In this document: piece after piece, positions 16,765-25,247 of the stretch | Position numbering within the stretch: the stretch's first letter is position 1 | Layout of the letters: the number at the start of each line of letters is the position of its first letter | From: a virus | Lineage: Duplodnaviria; Caudoviricetes | Virus record (IMG/VR): IMGVR_UViG_3300021963_000130 | Location: 1-62,595 of that record | Direction: 5' to 3' (one strand) | Length of the DNA stretch: 62,595 nt | Notes under the pieces: model-generated | What the model saw: only the letters and a program-made list of their open reading frames with translations | Told to the model about the DNA's origin: nothing | Database searches by the model: none | Program-made: the position numbers and the translations under genes

Positions 16765-16781
16765 GGGGAACTCACTTCCCC
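16765..16781. repeat. Palindrome copy 6
   Basis: GGGGAACTCACTTCCCC. Confidence 0.9.
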
Positions 16782-16838
16782 ATTGAGGGTTAGCGGTGTG
16801 CCCACTCACACCGCATTCGTAACTGAGGAGTATTAAAA

Positions 16839-18194
16839 ATGAAGACAAACTTCATAGAGTTAGTTGGACAGCTTTCAGACATCTTGGCTGGTAGGACATA
16901 CCATCGTGTGCCTGACATCTATGGTGGCTATGACCTTGTGCGACAGACTGCACCTGCTCGTGACTGGCACGCCAGAGAGCAGATGAAGTACCCGATGCAC
17001 CCCGCCGTGTTGAAAGCACTTGAGCTTGCACCTGAGCATCGTCCCGATGACTGGCACTTGCTCACGCTTGAGTGGCCGCACGTAGCAGCGACAGATACCA
17101 CACGCTTAGCCTACACACGGGACGAGCGTGCTGGCGAGGGCGACCGACAGGTCGTGACTACCGTGGGCAAGTATCTGACGCGGCACTTCAAGACTTTGCC
17201 TGACCATGTGATACGCAACCTCGTTGCGTTGTATGCCGCTGGTGAGTCGTGTAAGTTTGTGCATACGATGGCCGAGATGCTGCACCACCTGCATCGTGGG
17301 CCGCACTCGTGCATGGTCAGTGTGCATGAGGTACGCTGTCGTGACGGTGAGGTACGCCATCCGTATCAGGCATACGATCCGAAGTTCGGCTGGCACATGG
17401 CTGTGCGTATCGAGAACGATGCGACTGTTGGCCGTGCGCTGTGTATCGACAACGGTGTGCATGAGAAGTACTTCGTGCGTACCTATGCCAAGACGGGCGG
17501 GTACTCATACGCTGACGAGAAGCTGCACGCTTGGCTACTTGAGCAAGGGTATAAGCATCGCAACGGTTACATGGACGGCACGAAGATGGCGTACTTCGAG
17601 ACATCGGATGACTTCCTTGCACCGTACATAGACGGCAACCAGCAGCACGTAGAAATCTACAACGATGAGCTACGCATCGACAGCAACGGTGAGTACGAGT
17701 GTGGCAACACCTGCGGTGCACCATCGGGCGGTAATCGCATCGACTGCGAGGACTGCGGTAATCGCTTCGAGGATGGCGATGGGTTCTGGGTCGGTGCGTA
17801 TGAGGACAGCCATGTGTGCGAGTCGTGCGGCAATGACGACTACACCTATGCGTACAGCAGACGTGGGCATCAGCACTACATACGCAACGACAACACTGTT
17901 GCGGTTAACGGTGAGTACTACGATGAGGACTTTCTGTCAGACAACGAGATCGTGTGCTTAGAGAACGGCGAATACGCTTCGCTCGGTGACTGCGTAGAGA
18001 TAGACGGGGACTGGTATGTCAGTGATGACCCTGACGTGTGCTATGCCGAGGATGTCGAGGAGTACCGCTTGAAAGATGACTGCTGGCAGTGCGAGGAGTC
18101 TGGCAACTGGTACAACGATGACAGCAAGCAGGTAATGGTAGATTGCAAGTTCTATCACGAAGACCATGCACCTGAACAAACAACTGAGGAGTAA
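16839..18194 (+). CDS. Hypothetical protein with acidic Cys-rich repetitive C-terminus
   Basis: 451 aa; CEDC, CESC and other Cys motifs in D/E-rich tail. Confidence 0.8.
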   Translation: MKTNFIELVGQLSDILAGRTYHRVPDIYGGYDLVRQTAPARDWHAREQMKYPMHPAVLKALELAPEHRPDDWHLLTLEWPHVAATDTTRLAYTRDERAGEGDRQVVTTVGKYLTRHFKTLPDHVIRNLVALYAAGESCKFVHTMAEMLHHLHRGPHSCMVSVHEVRCRDGEVRHPYQAYDPKFGWHMAVRIENDATVGRALCIDNGVHEKYFVRTYAKTGGYSYADEKLHAWLLEQGYKHRNGYMDGTKMAYFETSDDFLAPYIDGNQQHVEIYNDELRIDSNGEYECGNTCGAPSGGNRIDCEDCGNRFEDGDGFWVGAYEDSHVCESCGNDDYTYAYSRRGHQHYIRNDNTVAVNGEYYDEDFLSDNEIVCLENGEYASLGDCVEIDGDWYVSDDPDVCYAEDVEEYRLKDDCWQCEESGNWYNDDSKQVMVDCKFYHEDHAPEQTTEE

Positions 18195-18197
18195 TCA

Positions 18198-19313
18198 ATG
18201 AATAAGAAATCAATTCTGTACAAGACCCTGACCCGTGCGCTGTCAGTCAAGCGGCCACACAATGGCAAGGGCGTAGCGATGTTTACGACATGGCTTGAAG
18301 CACACATACCTGAGCACCTGCATGAGTGGTATGGCTATGACGAGGCAGGTAACCTGCACGTTGATGCTCGTGTCGATGCCACTCACCGCACGCTGTTCGT
18401 AGCGCACGTTGATACTGTGCACCGTGAGGATGGCGCGAACAAGATCAGGAAGACTGCGGGTAAGTGGTACGCAGACGGTGCTGTACTCGGTGCCGATGAT
18501 GGTGCTGGTGTTGCCCTGCTCATGCACTTGCTGTGCGGCGGTGTACCCGCATACTATGTGTTCACACAAGGCGAGGAGTGTGGTGGTATCGGTGCTCGTG
18601 CGTTAGCTAAAGATGAGCTGTTGTTGTCCGAGTTTGATCGTGCCATTGCGTTCGACAGACGTGGGCTTGACAGTGTCATCACACACCAAGGGTATGGGCG
18701 TTGTTGTTCGGACGAGTTCGCGCAAGCCTTGGCCGATGAGCTGTGCTCGGGCAACGTGCTCATGTATCTGGGTGACGACACAGGTGTGTATACAGACACC
18801 GCTGAGTTTGTTGACGTTATCCCTGAGTGCACAAACATCAGTGTCGGATATAACTACGAGCACAGTGTGCAGGAGGAACTCAACATCCACCACTTCACTG
18901 CGTTGGCCGATGCTGTGCTGACTGTGCCGTGGGATAGCTTGCCGACAACCCGTGACCCCAAGGTCACCGAGAGTAAGTGGGACAGCATGGGCTACGGTGC
19001 GCCATCAGGTGCGTGGTCTAAGAACTGGTGGGCTGACTACAAGGACGATCTACCAGCGCCAGCGGTTAACGACACCTACGAGCAGGCAGTCGAGGATGCC
19101 CTGTATGACGCGATGCTAGGTATCTACACAGGGCTTGTTGACATCATCGCTGAGTGTGTGTACCCAGAAGACCCGACCTTGGCCAAGCGCAGCATACGTA
19201 GGTCATCGCTGACCGATGAGCTGTTGGCCGATGCCATGATGTCACTGCGTGAGGGAGAAGACCCAGAGAACATCTTGCTGTGGCTGTATGACGAGGCGTA
19301 CTGCGAGATTTGA
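18198..19313 (+). CDS. M28/M20-family metallopeptidase-like protein
   Basis: AHVDTV, GADDGAG, GEECGG, AFDR and late EH metal-binding motifs. Confidence 0.8.
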   Translation: MNKKSILYKTLTRALSVKRPHNGKGVAMFTTWLEAHIPEHLHEWYGYDEAGNLHVDARVDATHRTLFVAHVDTVHREDGANKIRKTAGKWYADGAVLGADDGAGVALLMHLLCGGVPAYYVFTQGEECGGIGARALAKDELLLSEFDRAIAFDRRGLDSVITHQGYGRCCSDEFAQALADELCSGNVLMYLGDDTGVYTDTAEFVDVIPECTNISVGYNYEHSVQEELNIHHFTALADAVLTVPWDSLPTTRDPKVTESKWDSMGYGAPSGAWSKNWWADYKDDLPAPAVNDTYEQAVEDALYDAMLGIYTGLVDIIAECVYPEDPTLAKRSIRRSSLTDELLADAMMSLREGEDPENILLWLYDEAYCEI

Positions 19314-19324
19314 CGGGTGTATTT

Positions 19325-19352
19325 TGCAGGGGTGGAATTCCCCTGCATTTTT
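19325..19352 (+). terminator. Rho-independent terminator
   Basis: TGCAGGGG-TGGAATT-CCCCTGCA-TTTTT. Confidence 0.75.
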
Positions 19353-19368
19353 AAAGAAAGGAATGCGT

Positions 19369-20103
19369 ATGACTCCTGCTATTTCAGAGATGGTTAAGCG
19401 AGTAGGGTTTGACCCTGCTTCGTATACATGGATGGACTTGTCTGTTCTGCCTGAAGGCTTCAACGCAGCAAAGCTGCTAACAGAATACGGCGTGTTGGAT
19501 CAGAAGATTTATCTTGATACGCTGCACTTTCCCTTTCCAAACACGGTGCTGGTATCCAACAAAGTTGAAGAAACAGTAATAACAATATCAACACGCAACA
19601 CAGGAGAAATAGTGGTTGAAATATGGGGAAAAGAAGCAGTACCAGTCGGTGCTTGGACACCTGAAGACGGGTTCAAGATGCACCCTGCATGGGTAGAGTT
19701 TGCAAAGGATAACCCGCATTTGTTTGACACACCTGAAGTGATAGGGGAAATAATTACATCCCGCATATCGGTCTTAGAAGCATTGATGTTGTACGCCGCT
19801 AAGAAAGGTTCTGTGGTGCAAGGCCATAAGTGTTTGAGTACCAGAGCAAGCAACATGAAGCGCATAAAGAAAGGCAAGAAGCTGGTGTATGAATGGAGCA
19901 CGATAGAAATCAAACCAGCAATGCACGTTGACAAAGCAACAGAAACAGGGAGGACACACGAGACACCGCGCCTACATGAAGTCAGGGGACACTGGGCGGT
20001 TAGAAAGAAATCAGGTAAGAGGTATTGGGTTAAATCCCATAAACGTGGCGACCCTACCAAAGGCGCTGTATTCCATGACTACACAACAGGAGAAGCACAA
20101 TGA
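19369..20103 (+). CDS. Phage hypothetical protein with C-terminal HxxRGHW...WVxxHxRG motif
   Basis: PRLHEVRGHW...YWVKSHKRGD; AAGGA RBS. Confidence 0.75.
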   Translation: MTPAISEMVKRVGFDPASYTWMDLSVLPEGFNAAKLLTEYGVLDQKIYLDTLHFPFPNTVLVSNKVEETVITISTRNTGEIVVEIWGKEAVPVGAWTPEDGFKMHPAWVEFAKDNPHLFDTPEVIGEIITSRISVLEALMLYAAKKGSVVQGHKCLSTRASNMKRIKKGKKLVYEWSTIEIKPAMHVDKATETGRTHETPRLHEVRGHWAVRKKSGKRYWVKSHKRGDPTKGAVFHDYTTGEAQ

Positions 20104-20336
20104 AACACATGACAGAGGCATACGACTTGCTGGTCGATGAGCTAAAACAAACAATTGATAGAAACCATAGGGAAATGAACGCCCAATCTCATGAGGCAAC
20201 CATGATTAGAGTACTGCTTACAAAGCAACTTGTAAAACACGCTGGAAAAAAAATAGTGCTGGAAGTTGCCTATGAAATTGACAAACAATTTGACGTAGGA
20301 TTTGCAGAATGGGTTGACGAAGATTTTCCAGATTAA
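20100..20336 (+). CDS. Hypothetical protein
   Basis: AGGAGAAGCA RBS. Confidence 0.7.
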   Translation: MKHMTEAYDLLVDELKQTIDRNHREMNAQSHEATMIRVLLTKQLVKHAGKKIVLEVAYEIDKQFDVGFAEWVDEDFPD

Positions 20337-20364
20337 AAACAATAACATTTTAAAAGGAACATTC

Positions 20365-20619
20365 ATGAAAAACTTAGACGCGCACTATGACGCACTGTTG
20401 GCCAAGCACTTGGCCGATGAGGATGTGCAGTGGAACGTGGTATGTAACGATGATGGCGAGGATGGATACCTTGTCATTGATGAGGATGGTGAGAGTGACG
20501 GTGGTGTGTACTCATCGTGGGATGAGGCACAAGAGCAAGCAGACAAACTTAACACGGAGGTGGATGATGACTTTGAAGAATCTGATTTACCTGTTGGCAA
20601 TCCTCACGATAACACTTGA
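20365..20619 (+). CDS. Very acidic small protein
   Basis: AAGGA RBS; about 26 of 84 residues D/E. Confidence 0.7.
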   Translation: MKNLDAHYDALLAKHLADEDVQWNVVCNDDGEDGYLVIDEDGESDGGVYSSWDEAQEQADKLNTEVDDDFEESDLPVGNPHDNT

Positions 20620-20642
20620 CCTTTTTGTATGGAGACCAGACT

Positions 20643-20891
20643 ATGAACCAGAACAACTACGACCTGCAAACCCCAGAGGGTATGGAGAACTCAAAGCTAT
20701 GGCTATCGCACGCTCTGACGCTGATTGGAGACAACGGCATCTGGGGCATCCCTCGATCAAGCACCGTCGTGCGTATCGACAAGCCGAGCAAGACTGCGAC
20801 AGTCATAGCCCAAGGCTCACCAGACGTGAGTATCGAGCTTGTCTTCGAGGCACTCGGCTGGACGGTGGAGTACGCCGATAGTGGACACTAA
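20643..20891 (+). CDS. Hypothetical protein
   Basis: GGAG RBS before ATG 20643. Confidence 0.7.
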   Translation: MNQNNYDLQTPEGMENSKLWLSHALTLIGDNGIWGIPRSSTVVRIDKPSKTATVIAQGSPDVSIELVFEALGWTVEYADSGH

Positions 20892-20894
20892 CAT

Positions 20895-20937
20895 TGTCCA
20901 ACAGTTGACAACCTCGGGAAACCGAGGTACATTTTTT
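20895..20937 (+). promoter_or_regulatory. Operator copy 2 overlapping sigma70 promoter whose spacer is a terminator-like hairpin
   Basis: TGTCCA-ACAG-TTGACA; TTGACA-N17-TACATT; ACCTCGG-GAAA-CCGAGGT then T-run. Confidence 0.7.
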
Positions 20938-20953
20938 ATTCAAGGAGAAAGCA

Positions 20954-21490
20954 ATGCCAGACTTAAAGAGTGAGATGAGTAAGGTTCTCGAAGCATGGGA
21001 ACAAGACGATCAACAAACACAGGAGAAGCAAGTGCAAAACACATCACCGCAGCTATTCAAACCAACTAACAACGTAACGCTTGAGACATTCAACTACGTG
21101 CGTGACAACCCGAACAAACTCAGCGGCGAGATACGTGCCGCAATGACAGCGCGAGGGTTCAACACAGGGTCAGTGGGTTCGCTCATCACGCAGTTCACAA
21201 AGCAAGGACAGTTTGCAAAAGACCACAACGGCAGGTATAGCGTCATCGTGCCCGAGTACACACCACTGAAGTCAACCAAGAATTTCAGAGCAGAGGGCAA
21301 GCGCACGAACAAGATCGTGCAGATCAAGAGCAAGCCAAAGAGTGCAGGCATCGCCGCTTTGCAGGTCGATACTACGCCAGTGAGTTTGTCGGTGTCGTGG
21401 GTAAAGAGAGAAGTAGAAATCATAAACAGTTTGAGTGTGATGCAAGCACGATCACTGTACGATGCCCTCAAGAAAATCTTTGGAGGTTGA
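20954..21490 (+). CDS. Hypothetical protein, possible winged-helix domain
   Basis: AAGGAGAAAGCA RBS; second RBS and in-frame GTG at 21032. Confidence 0.75.
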   Translation: MPDLKSEMSKVLEAWEQDDQQTQEKQVQNTSPQLFKPTNNVTLETFNYVRDNPNKLSGEIRAAMTARGFNTGSVGSLITQFTKQGQFAKDHNGRYSVIVPEYTPLKSTKNFRAEGKRTNKIVQIKSKPKSAGIAALQVDTTPVSLSVSWVKREVEIINSLSVMQARSLYDALKKIFGG

Positions 21491-21491
21491 T

Positions 21492-21611
21492 ATGTGGGAC
21501 GTACTTGTAACGATAACGTTGATGGGCTTCGGCGCAGTCGCGCTGATTGCTATCTGTGCCCTGATCGGATGGGCTGTATTCTGGATGCAAGAAGGGGGGC
21601 GAGATGAGTAA
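21492..21611 (+). CDS. 39-aa single-pass membrane peptide (not in ORF track)
   Basis: GGAGG RBS; MWDVLVTITLMGFGAVALIAICALIGWAVFWMQEGGRDE. Confidence 0.65.
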   Translation: MWDVLVTITLMGFGAVALIAICALIGWAVFWMQEGGRDE

Positions 21612-21810
21612 ATACAAAATCACATACAGCGATGGTTGCTTTGCCGATTGGGATGCTATGCAGAAAGACCTTGCATGGGGGTACAGGTGGGGCATCTTCT
21701 TGTATGCAATCCGTTTAAACATTGGCGCATGGAGAGCAGGACACAAGTCATTCAAGTATTGGCTGTACGTCCTACGCAGGAAGCCAAAGATTACAAAGGA
21801 GAAAGCATGA
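21604..21810 (+). CDS. Hypothetical protein
   Basis: Overlapping operon packing. Confidence 0.6.
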   Translation: MSKYKITYSDGCFADWDAMQKDLAWGYRWGIFLYAIRLNIGAWRAGHKSFKYWLYVLRRKPKITKEKA

Positions 21811-22025
21811 CTGAGTTCAACAGACCAACACCAGAAGACGAAGCGTTCAATGACATTGAGCGCATCAGCAAGATCAGGCAGGAGATTATCAAGCGGCAGA
21901 TGGAGCCACCGCAGACACGCAACAACATCATCGAAGAAGTGGCGCTGCACGTTGAGAAGCTCAAAGGCTTTGGCAAGGACACGACTGATTCGTTGGCCGT
22001 TTACATCAGGGAGATGAAGAAATGA
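21807..22025 (+). CDS. Hypothetical protein (MTEFNRPTPEDEAF...)
   Basis: AAGGAGAAAGC RBS, ATGA overlap. Confidence 0.7.
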   Translation: MTEFNRPTPEDEAFNDIERISKIRQEIIKRQMEPPQTRNNIIEEVALHVEKLKGFGKDTTDSLAVYIREMKK

Positions 22026-22387
22026 AAACAGAAAAAGAATGGACAACAGAAGCAGGGCTGAAGGCTCAGGTGATTGCAACACCGATGGGTCACCGCTGTG
22101 GGTATGTGGGTGTGCCAGAAGGACATCCGATGTATGGCAAACACTATGACGAAGTTAATGTTTACGTGCATGGTGGATTGACATTTTCACACGATGAGGA
22201 TGGGTTGTGGTGGTTTGGTTATGACTGCGCTCATTCGGATGATGCCAAAGACCCCGAGTTGATGAGTGCTGAATACAAGAAAGTGTTTAACGACTGGCCT
22301 CGGTTCAATGAAGGCACCATCAAGACGCTGGAGTTCTGCGTTGCTGAGTGTGAGTCATTGGCGAAACAACTTGAGGAGATGAAATGA
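22022..22387 (+). CDS. Phage hypothetical protein with CGYV/HGGLT/DCAH motifs
   Basis: Probable metal-binding motif set. Confidence 0.75.
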   Translation: MKTEKEWTTEAGLKAQVIATPMGHRCGYVGVPEGHPMYGKHYDEVNVYVHGGLTFSHDEDGLWWFGYDCAHSDDAKDPELMSAEYKKVFNDWPRFNEGTIKTLEFCVAECESLAKQLEEMK

Positions 22388-22668
22388 ACATTGATGAACA
22401 CAAGTTTTTACTTGAAGTAGAACACCGTGCAAAAGACCCAGAGACAGCAAGAGCCATCATTAACTTTGCCATCACTGGTATGCACAACAAGGCAGTGGAA
22501 AACCGTGAACACGCTATTGACATGGAAACAGTGGCTTGCGTTGCGCTAAACCATCGGCTGTTTAAAGACGGCAGCAGACTCATAGTTGACAAGCTGGAGA
22601 AATGGAAACACAGGAACGGCTTGCGCTGGGACGATCAGATCAAAGCATTACGGGAGAAAGCAAAATGA
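22384..22668 (+). CDS. Hypothetical protein
   Basis: GAGGAG RBS. Confidence 0.7.
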   Translation: MNIDEHKFLLEVEHRAKDPETARAIINFAITGMHNKAVENREHAIDMETVACVALNHRLFKDGSRLIVDKLEKWKHRNGLRWDDQIKALREKAK

Positions 22669-22886
22669 ACAACCCACCAGCATACCCAACAAACAACTGG
22701 ACGCAGATAGCACCGTACTCTAGCGGTTACAGCGAGGGCATGACCTTGCGTGATTACTTTGCGGCAAAAGCTATGCAAGGAATGCTTGCAGGGTTACTTG
22801 CTTACGGTCACGACATTATGTGGAATGAAATAGCCAAAGATGCGTACAGAGAAGCAGACGCAATGTTGAAAGCGAGGAATGAATGA
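22665..22886 (+). CDS. Phage protein with GMTLRDYFAAKAMQG motif
   Basis: Recognisable recurrent phage motif; GGAGAAAGCA RBS. Confidence 0.75.
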   Translation: MNNPPAYPTNNWTQIAPYSSGYSEGMTLRDYFAAKAMQGMLAGLLAYGHDIMWNEIAKDAYREADAMLKARNE

Positions 22887-23098
22887 GAGACACGGTAAGT
22901 AAATTCATCCGTGAGATTCTGCGCTCCCGTACTCTGCGGGAGATCATTGCCAAGGAACTGCGTGAAGCACACCAGAAGAAGCTTGAAGCTGAGTCTGCTG
23001 TGGAGTATGCAGTGTCCATTGTTAGCTACAACGAGAAGCGAATCAAGCGCCTTGAGAACAGACTGACAGAACATACACAAGAAGGGGATTACGTATGA
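22883..23098 (+). CDS. Coiled-coil hypothetical protein
   Basis: ATGA overlap. Confidence 0.7.
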   Translation: MRDTVSKFIREILRSRTLREIIAKELREAHQKKLEAESAVEYAVSIVSYNEKRIKRLENRLTEHTQEGDYV

Positions 23099-23316
23099 CA
23101 CAAGATGAAATTATTGATATGGCAAGACAGGCTGGTTTCAAAATGGAAAACTCAGCCGCAATTCAAGCCGCAGAAATCTTTGCCAATCTTGTAGCCGCCA
23201 AAGAACGTGAAGCATGTGCAAAGATTGTTGAAGAAAGTAGTTTGCCAGATGCTTACAGTGAAGACTGTTTGCCTGTAATTGCAAACGACATCAGAGCCAG
23301 AGGAAAACAAGCATGA
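23095..23316 (+). CDS. Hypothetical protein (EREACAK...IRARG motif)
   Basis: Recurrent phage motif; ATGA overlap. Confidence 0.7.
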   Translation: MTQDEIIDMARQAGFKMENSAAIQAAEIFANLVAAKEREACAKIVEESSLPDAYSEDCLPVIANDIRARGKQA

Positions 23317-23942
23317 CACAAGAAGCATTGAAGCTGGCGCTTACCGCATTGGAGATTAACCTAACATTGCTGGAAAAAATAACTCCTTACAAAGGGCAAG
23401 AAGATTTTTTATCTGATGCCATCGCCATAACGCAGAACACCACCACTTTCATTAAAAAAGCCTTGGCACAAGAGCAAGAGCCTGTGGCGTGGCGCACGTT
23501 TGACGGTGAAGGTGGTTACGACTACCGCTCGTATGAGGATAACGAAAGTTATGCGGACGATTGGAATAAAAGAAATCCAAAACATGTTGGATGGGTTGAT
23601 GAGCTTTACACCCACTCACCACAGCCAGAGCAAGAGCCTTGGTGCATGAAGATGAACGGCTGCAAAACGAAGTGCAAAGACTGCCCCGATGAGCCGCCAG
23701 ATATTTGCTGTCAGCAATACGATACTTGTTTAAAGCCTTGTACACCAAGAGGTGTGCATCTTGCACAGCGCACATGGGTAGGGCTGACGGATGATGAAAT
23801 GGAAGCGACATTTATAGAGTGCGGAGGCAAGTGGAACGGTGACTTTTGGAAAATTGAAGATGCTGACTTTCACCCATTTTTAAGAACAATTGAAGCCAAA
23901 CTCAAGCAAAAGAACGGCTTTGCCGAGGAGAAGAACACATGA
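23313..23942 (+). CDS. Mosaic hypothetical protein (EPVAW and WVGLT modules)
   Basis: Internal EQEP repeats. Confidence 0.7.
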   Translation: MTQEALKLALTALEINLTLLEKITPYKGQEDFLSDAIAITQNTTTFIKKALAQEQEPVAWRTFDGEGGYDYRSYEDNESYADDWNKRNPKHVGWVDELYTHSPQPEQEPWCMKMNGCKTKCKDCPDEPPDICCQQYDTCLKPCTPRGVHLAQRTWVGLTDDEMEATFIECGGKWNGDFWKIEDADFHPFLRTIEAKLKQKNGFAEEKNT

Positions 23943-24181
23943 GCTTTACAGAAAAACAATTGAAGTTAATTAAGCGTTGCAAAGAAACAGGTTATGGCTG
24001 GAAAGAATTTGCTGTGAGTGTTGAAAGTCAAGGAAGATGCTCACCCAAACAAGAAGAAGTGCTTGTTAGGATGGTGAAAAGAATTAGGAAATATGAAAAA
24101 TGGGTATACAGCATAGGGCCTCGTAGGCATAGTTACAGTATTAGCGATTGCGAAATCATGTCTTTTGGGTTGCACATTTAA
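23939..24181 (+). CDS. Hypothetical protein
   Basis: AGGAGAAG RBS; flanked by 18-bp direct repeat. Confidence 0.65.
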   Translation: MSFTEKQLKLIKRCKETGYGWKEFAVSVESQGRCSPKQEEVLVRMVKRIRKYEKWVYSIGPRRHSYSISDCEIMSFGLHI

Positions 24182-24198
24182 TTCAAGGAGAAGAACAC

Positions 24199-24411
24199 AT
24201 GAGACATCTACGAGTACACATAAATGCGACTGGGTGGCGAGCCAAACTGGTAGAAGAGTATGACATTGATGATGAACACCACAAGGCGGCTATGGCGGCA
24301 TTGATAGAGGACATCAAACAAGCGGCGGTTGTACGTAACTACTTCATTGACCATTCAGCAATTTTGGAAATGTACGACAGACACATGGCATACAAGGAGA
24401 AGACCACATGA
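24199..24411 (+). CDS. Hypothetical protein
   Basis: AAGGAGAAG RBS before ATG 24199. Confidence 0.65.
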   Translation: MRHLRVHINATGWRAKLVEEYDIDDEHHKAAMAALIEDIKQAAVVRNYFIDHSAILEMYDRHMAYKEKTT

Positions 24412-24590
24412 AAACCAAACAAGAAATCAAAGACGAAATCATTGAACTGTACGGGGCTACGCAAGCCTTGGGCGATGCAATGAACATACTACATGCACAG
24501 CGCATGGAGAAAAGCAAACAAATGATGGCGCTGAACCACATGCTCAAAGAGATGGATGGCGACGAATCTGAGGAGAAGATCAATGCTTGA
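24408..24590 (+). CDS. Hypothetical protein
   Basis: AAGGAGAAG RBS. Confidence 0.7.
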   Translation: MKTKQEIKDEIIELYGATQALGDAMNILHAQRMEKSKQMMALNHMLKEMDGDESEEKINA

Positions 24591-24750
24591 AGCAATCAGA
24601 ACATTTTGGGGTAAGCTGCGCGGCCAACATGGAGAGCGCAGCACAATCGTAGAGCAGGGGTTTGTGTACAGATGTACCAAGTGCCAGCTTATTTTCTTAA
24701 CACGAACAGCGGGGGAGGATCACAAGTGCCAAGACCAACGAGTGACCTGA
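24583..24750 (+). CDS. Small zinc-finger-like protein (CxxC...HxC)
   Basis: GAGGAGAAG RBS; YRCTKC...HKC. Confidence 0.65.
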   Translation: MLEAIRTFWGKLRGQHGERSTIVEQGFVYRCTKCQLIFLTRTAGEDHKCQDQRVT

Positions 24751-24923
24751 CGCGATCAGGCAAAGCAATAGGCGTTCGTTTAACAGAATGGGAGTATCAA
24801 GAATGGATGAAACTTGGGGGGACAAAATGGCTGAGGGCCGCGCTAAGAGAAAGCAAACAAAAGACCGTCCAGTCTACGATGGGGTACGGGAGTACAGCGA
24901 CTGGAACCCATTCGAGCGCGTAG
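24726..24923 (+). CDS. Putative ribbon-helix-helix DNA-binding protein
   Basis: GGAGG RBS and GTG; IGVRLT...LGGTKWLR. Confidence 0.55.
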   Translation: MPRPTSDLTRSGKAIGVRLTEWEYQEWMKLGGTKWLRAALRESKQKTVQSTMGYGSTATGTHSSA

Positions 24924-25015
24924 ACCCACTGGTCATTGAAGACATACACAAACGCCACGATCACAACAAGATCGTTCACACACTAGAAGACACAGAGGAG
25001 GAAGAACATGGATAA
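24827..25015 (+). CDS. Hypothetical protein (start uncertain)
   Basis: WNPFERVDP; fills gap to next gene. Confidence 0.45.
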   Translation: MAEGRAKRKQTKDRPVYDGVREYSDWNPFERVDPLVIEDIHKRHDHNKIVHTLEDTEEEEHG

Positions 25016-25247
25016 ACATTTCAACGGCACACGGGCTGATGACTTACAGATCAGCGGCAATCACTACAAGGAGATGGCGGTACAACCGTGGGAACTGATG
25101 GAGTCAGTGCTGACACACGAGGAGTTTGTCGGCTATCTGAAAGGCAACGTTATCAAGTACGCATTGCGTGCTGGACGTAAAGAGGGGAGTGATGACTTGG
25201 GTAAGTGTAGACATTACATGATGAAACTAAAGGAGATAACAGCATGA
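25008..25247 (+). CDS. DUF3310 (T7 gp1.7 nucleotide kinase-like) protein
   Basis: GNHY...QPW...GNVIKY..RAGRK...DLGKCRHY. Confidence 0.8.
   Translation: MDKHFNGTRADDLQISGNHYKEMAVQPWELMESVLTHEEFVGYLKGNVIKYALRAGRKEGSDDLGKCRHYMMKLKEITA

Noticed and set aside
13052-16781. Palindromic repeats as a CRISPR array
   Set aside because: Spacing is ~300-1100 bp with genes in between, the unit is only 17 bp, and there is no cas operon; the Cas4-like gene is a typical phage replication nuclease.
19325-19352. Seventh copy of the GGGGAA palindrome
   Set aside because: GGGGTGGAATTCCCC deviates from the consensus and has a U-tract; better explained as a terminator.
20387-20881. Alternative-frame ORF containing hydrophobic LIYLLAILTITLDLFVWRP with a GGAGG upstream of 20563
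   Set aside because: Overlaps two better-supported genes; may be a remnant membrane peptide but I cannot support it as a CDS.
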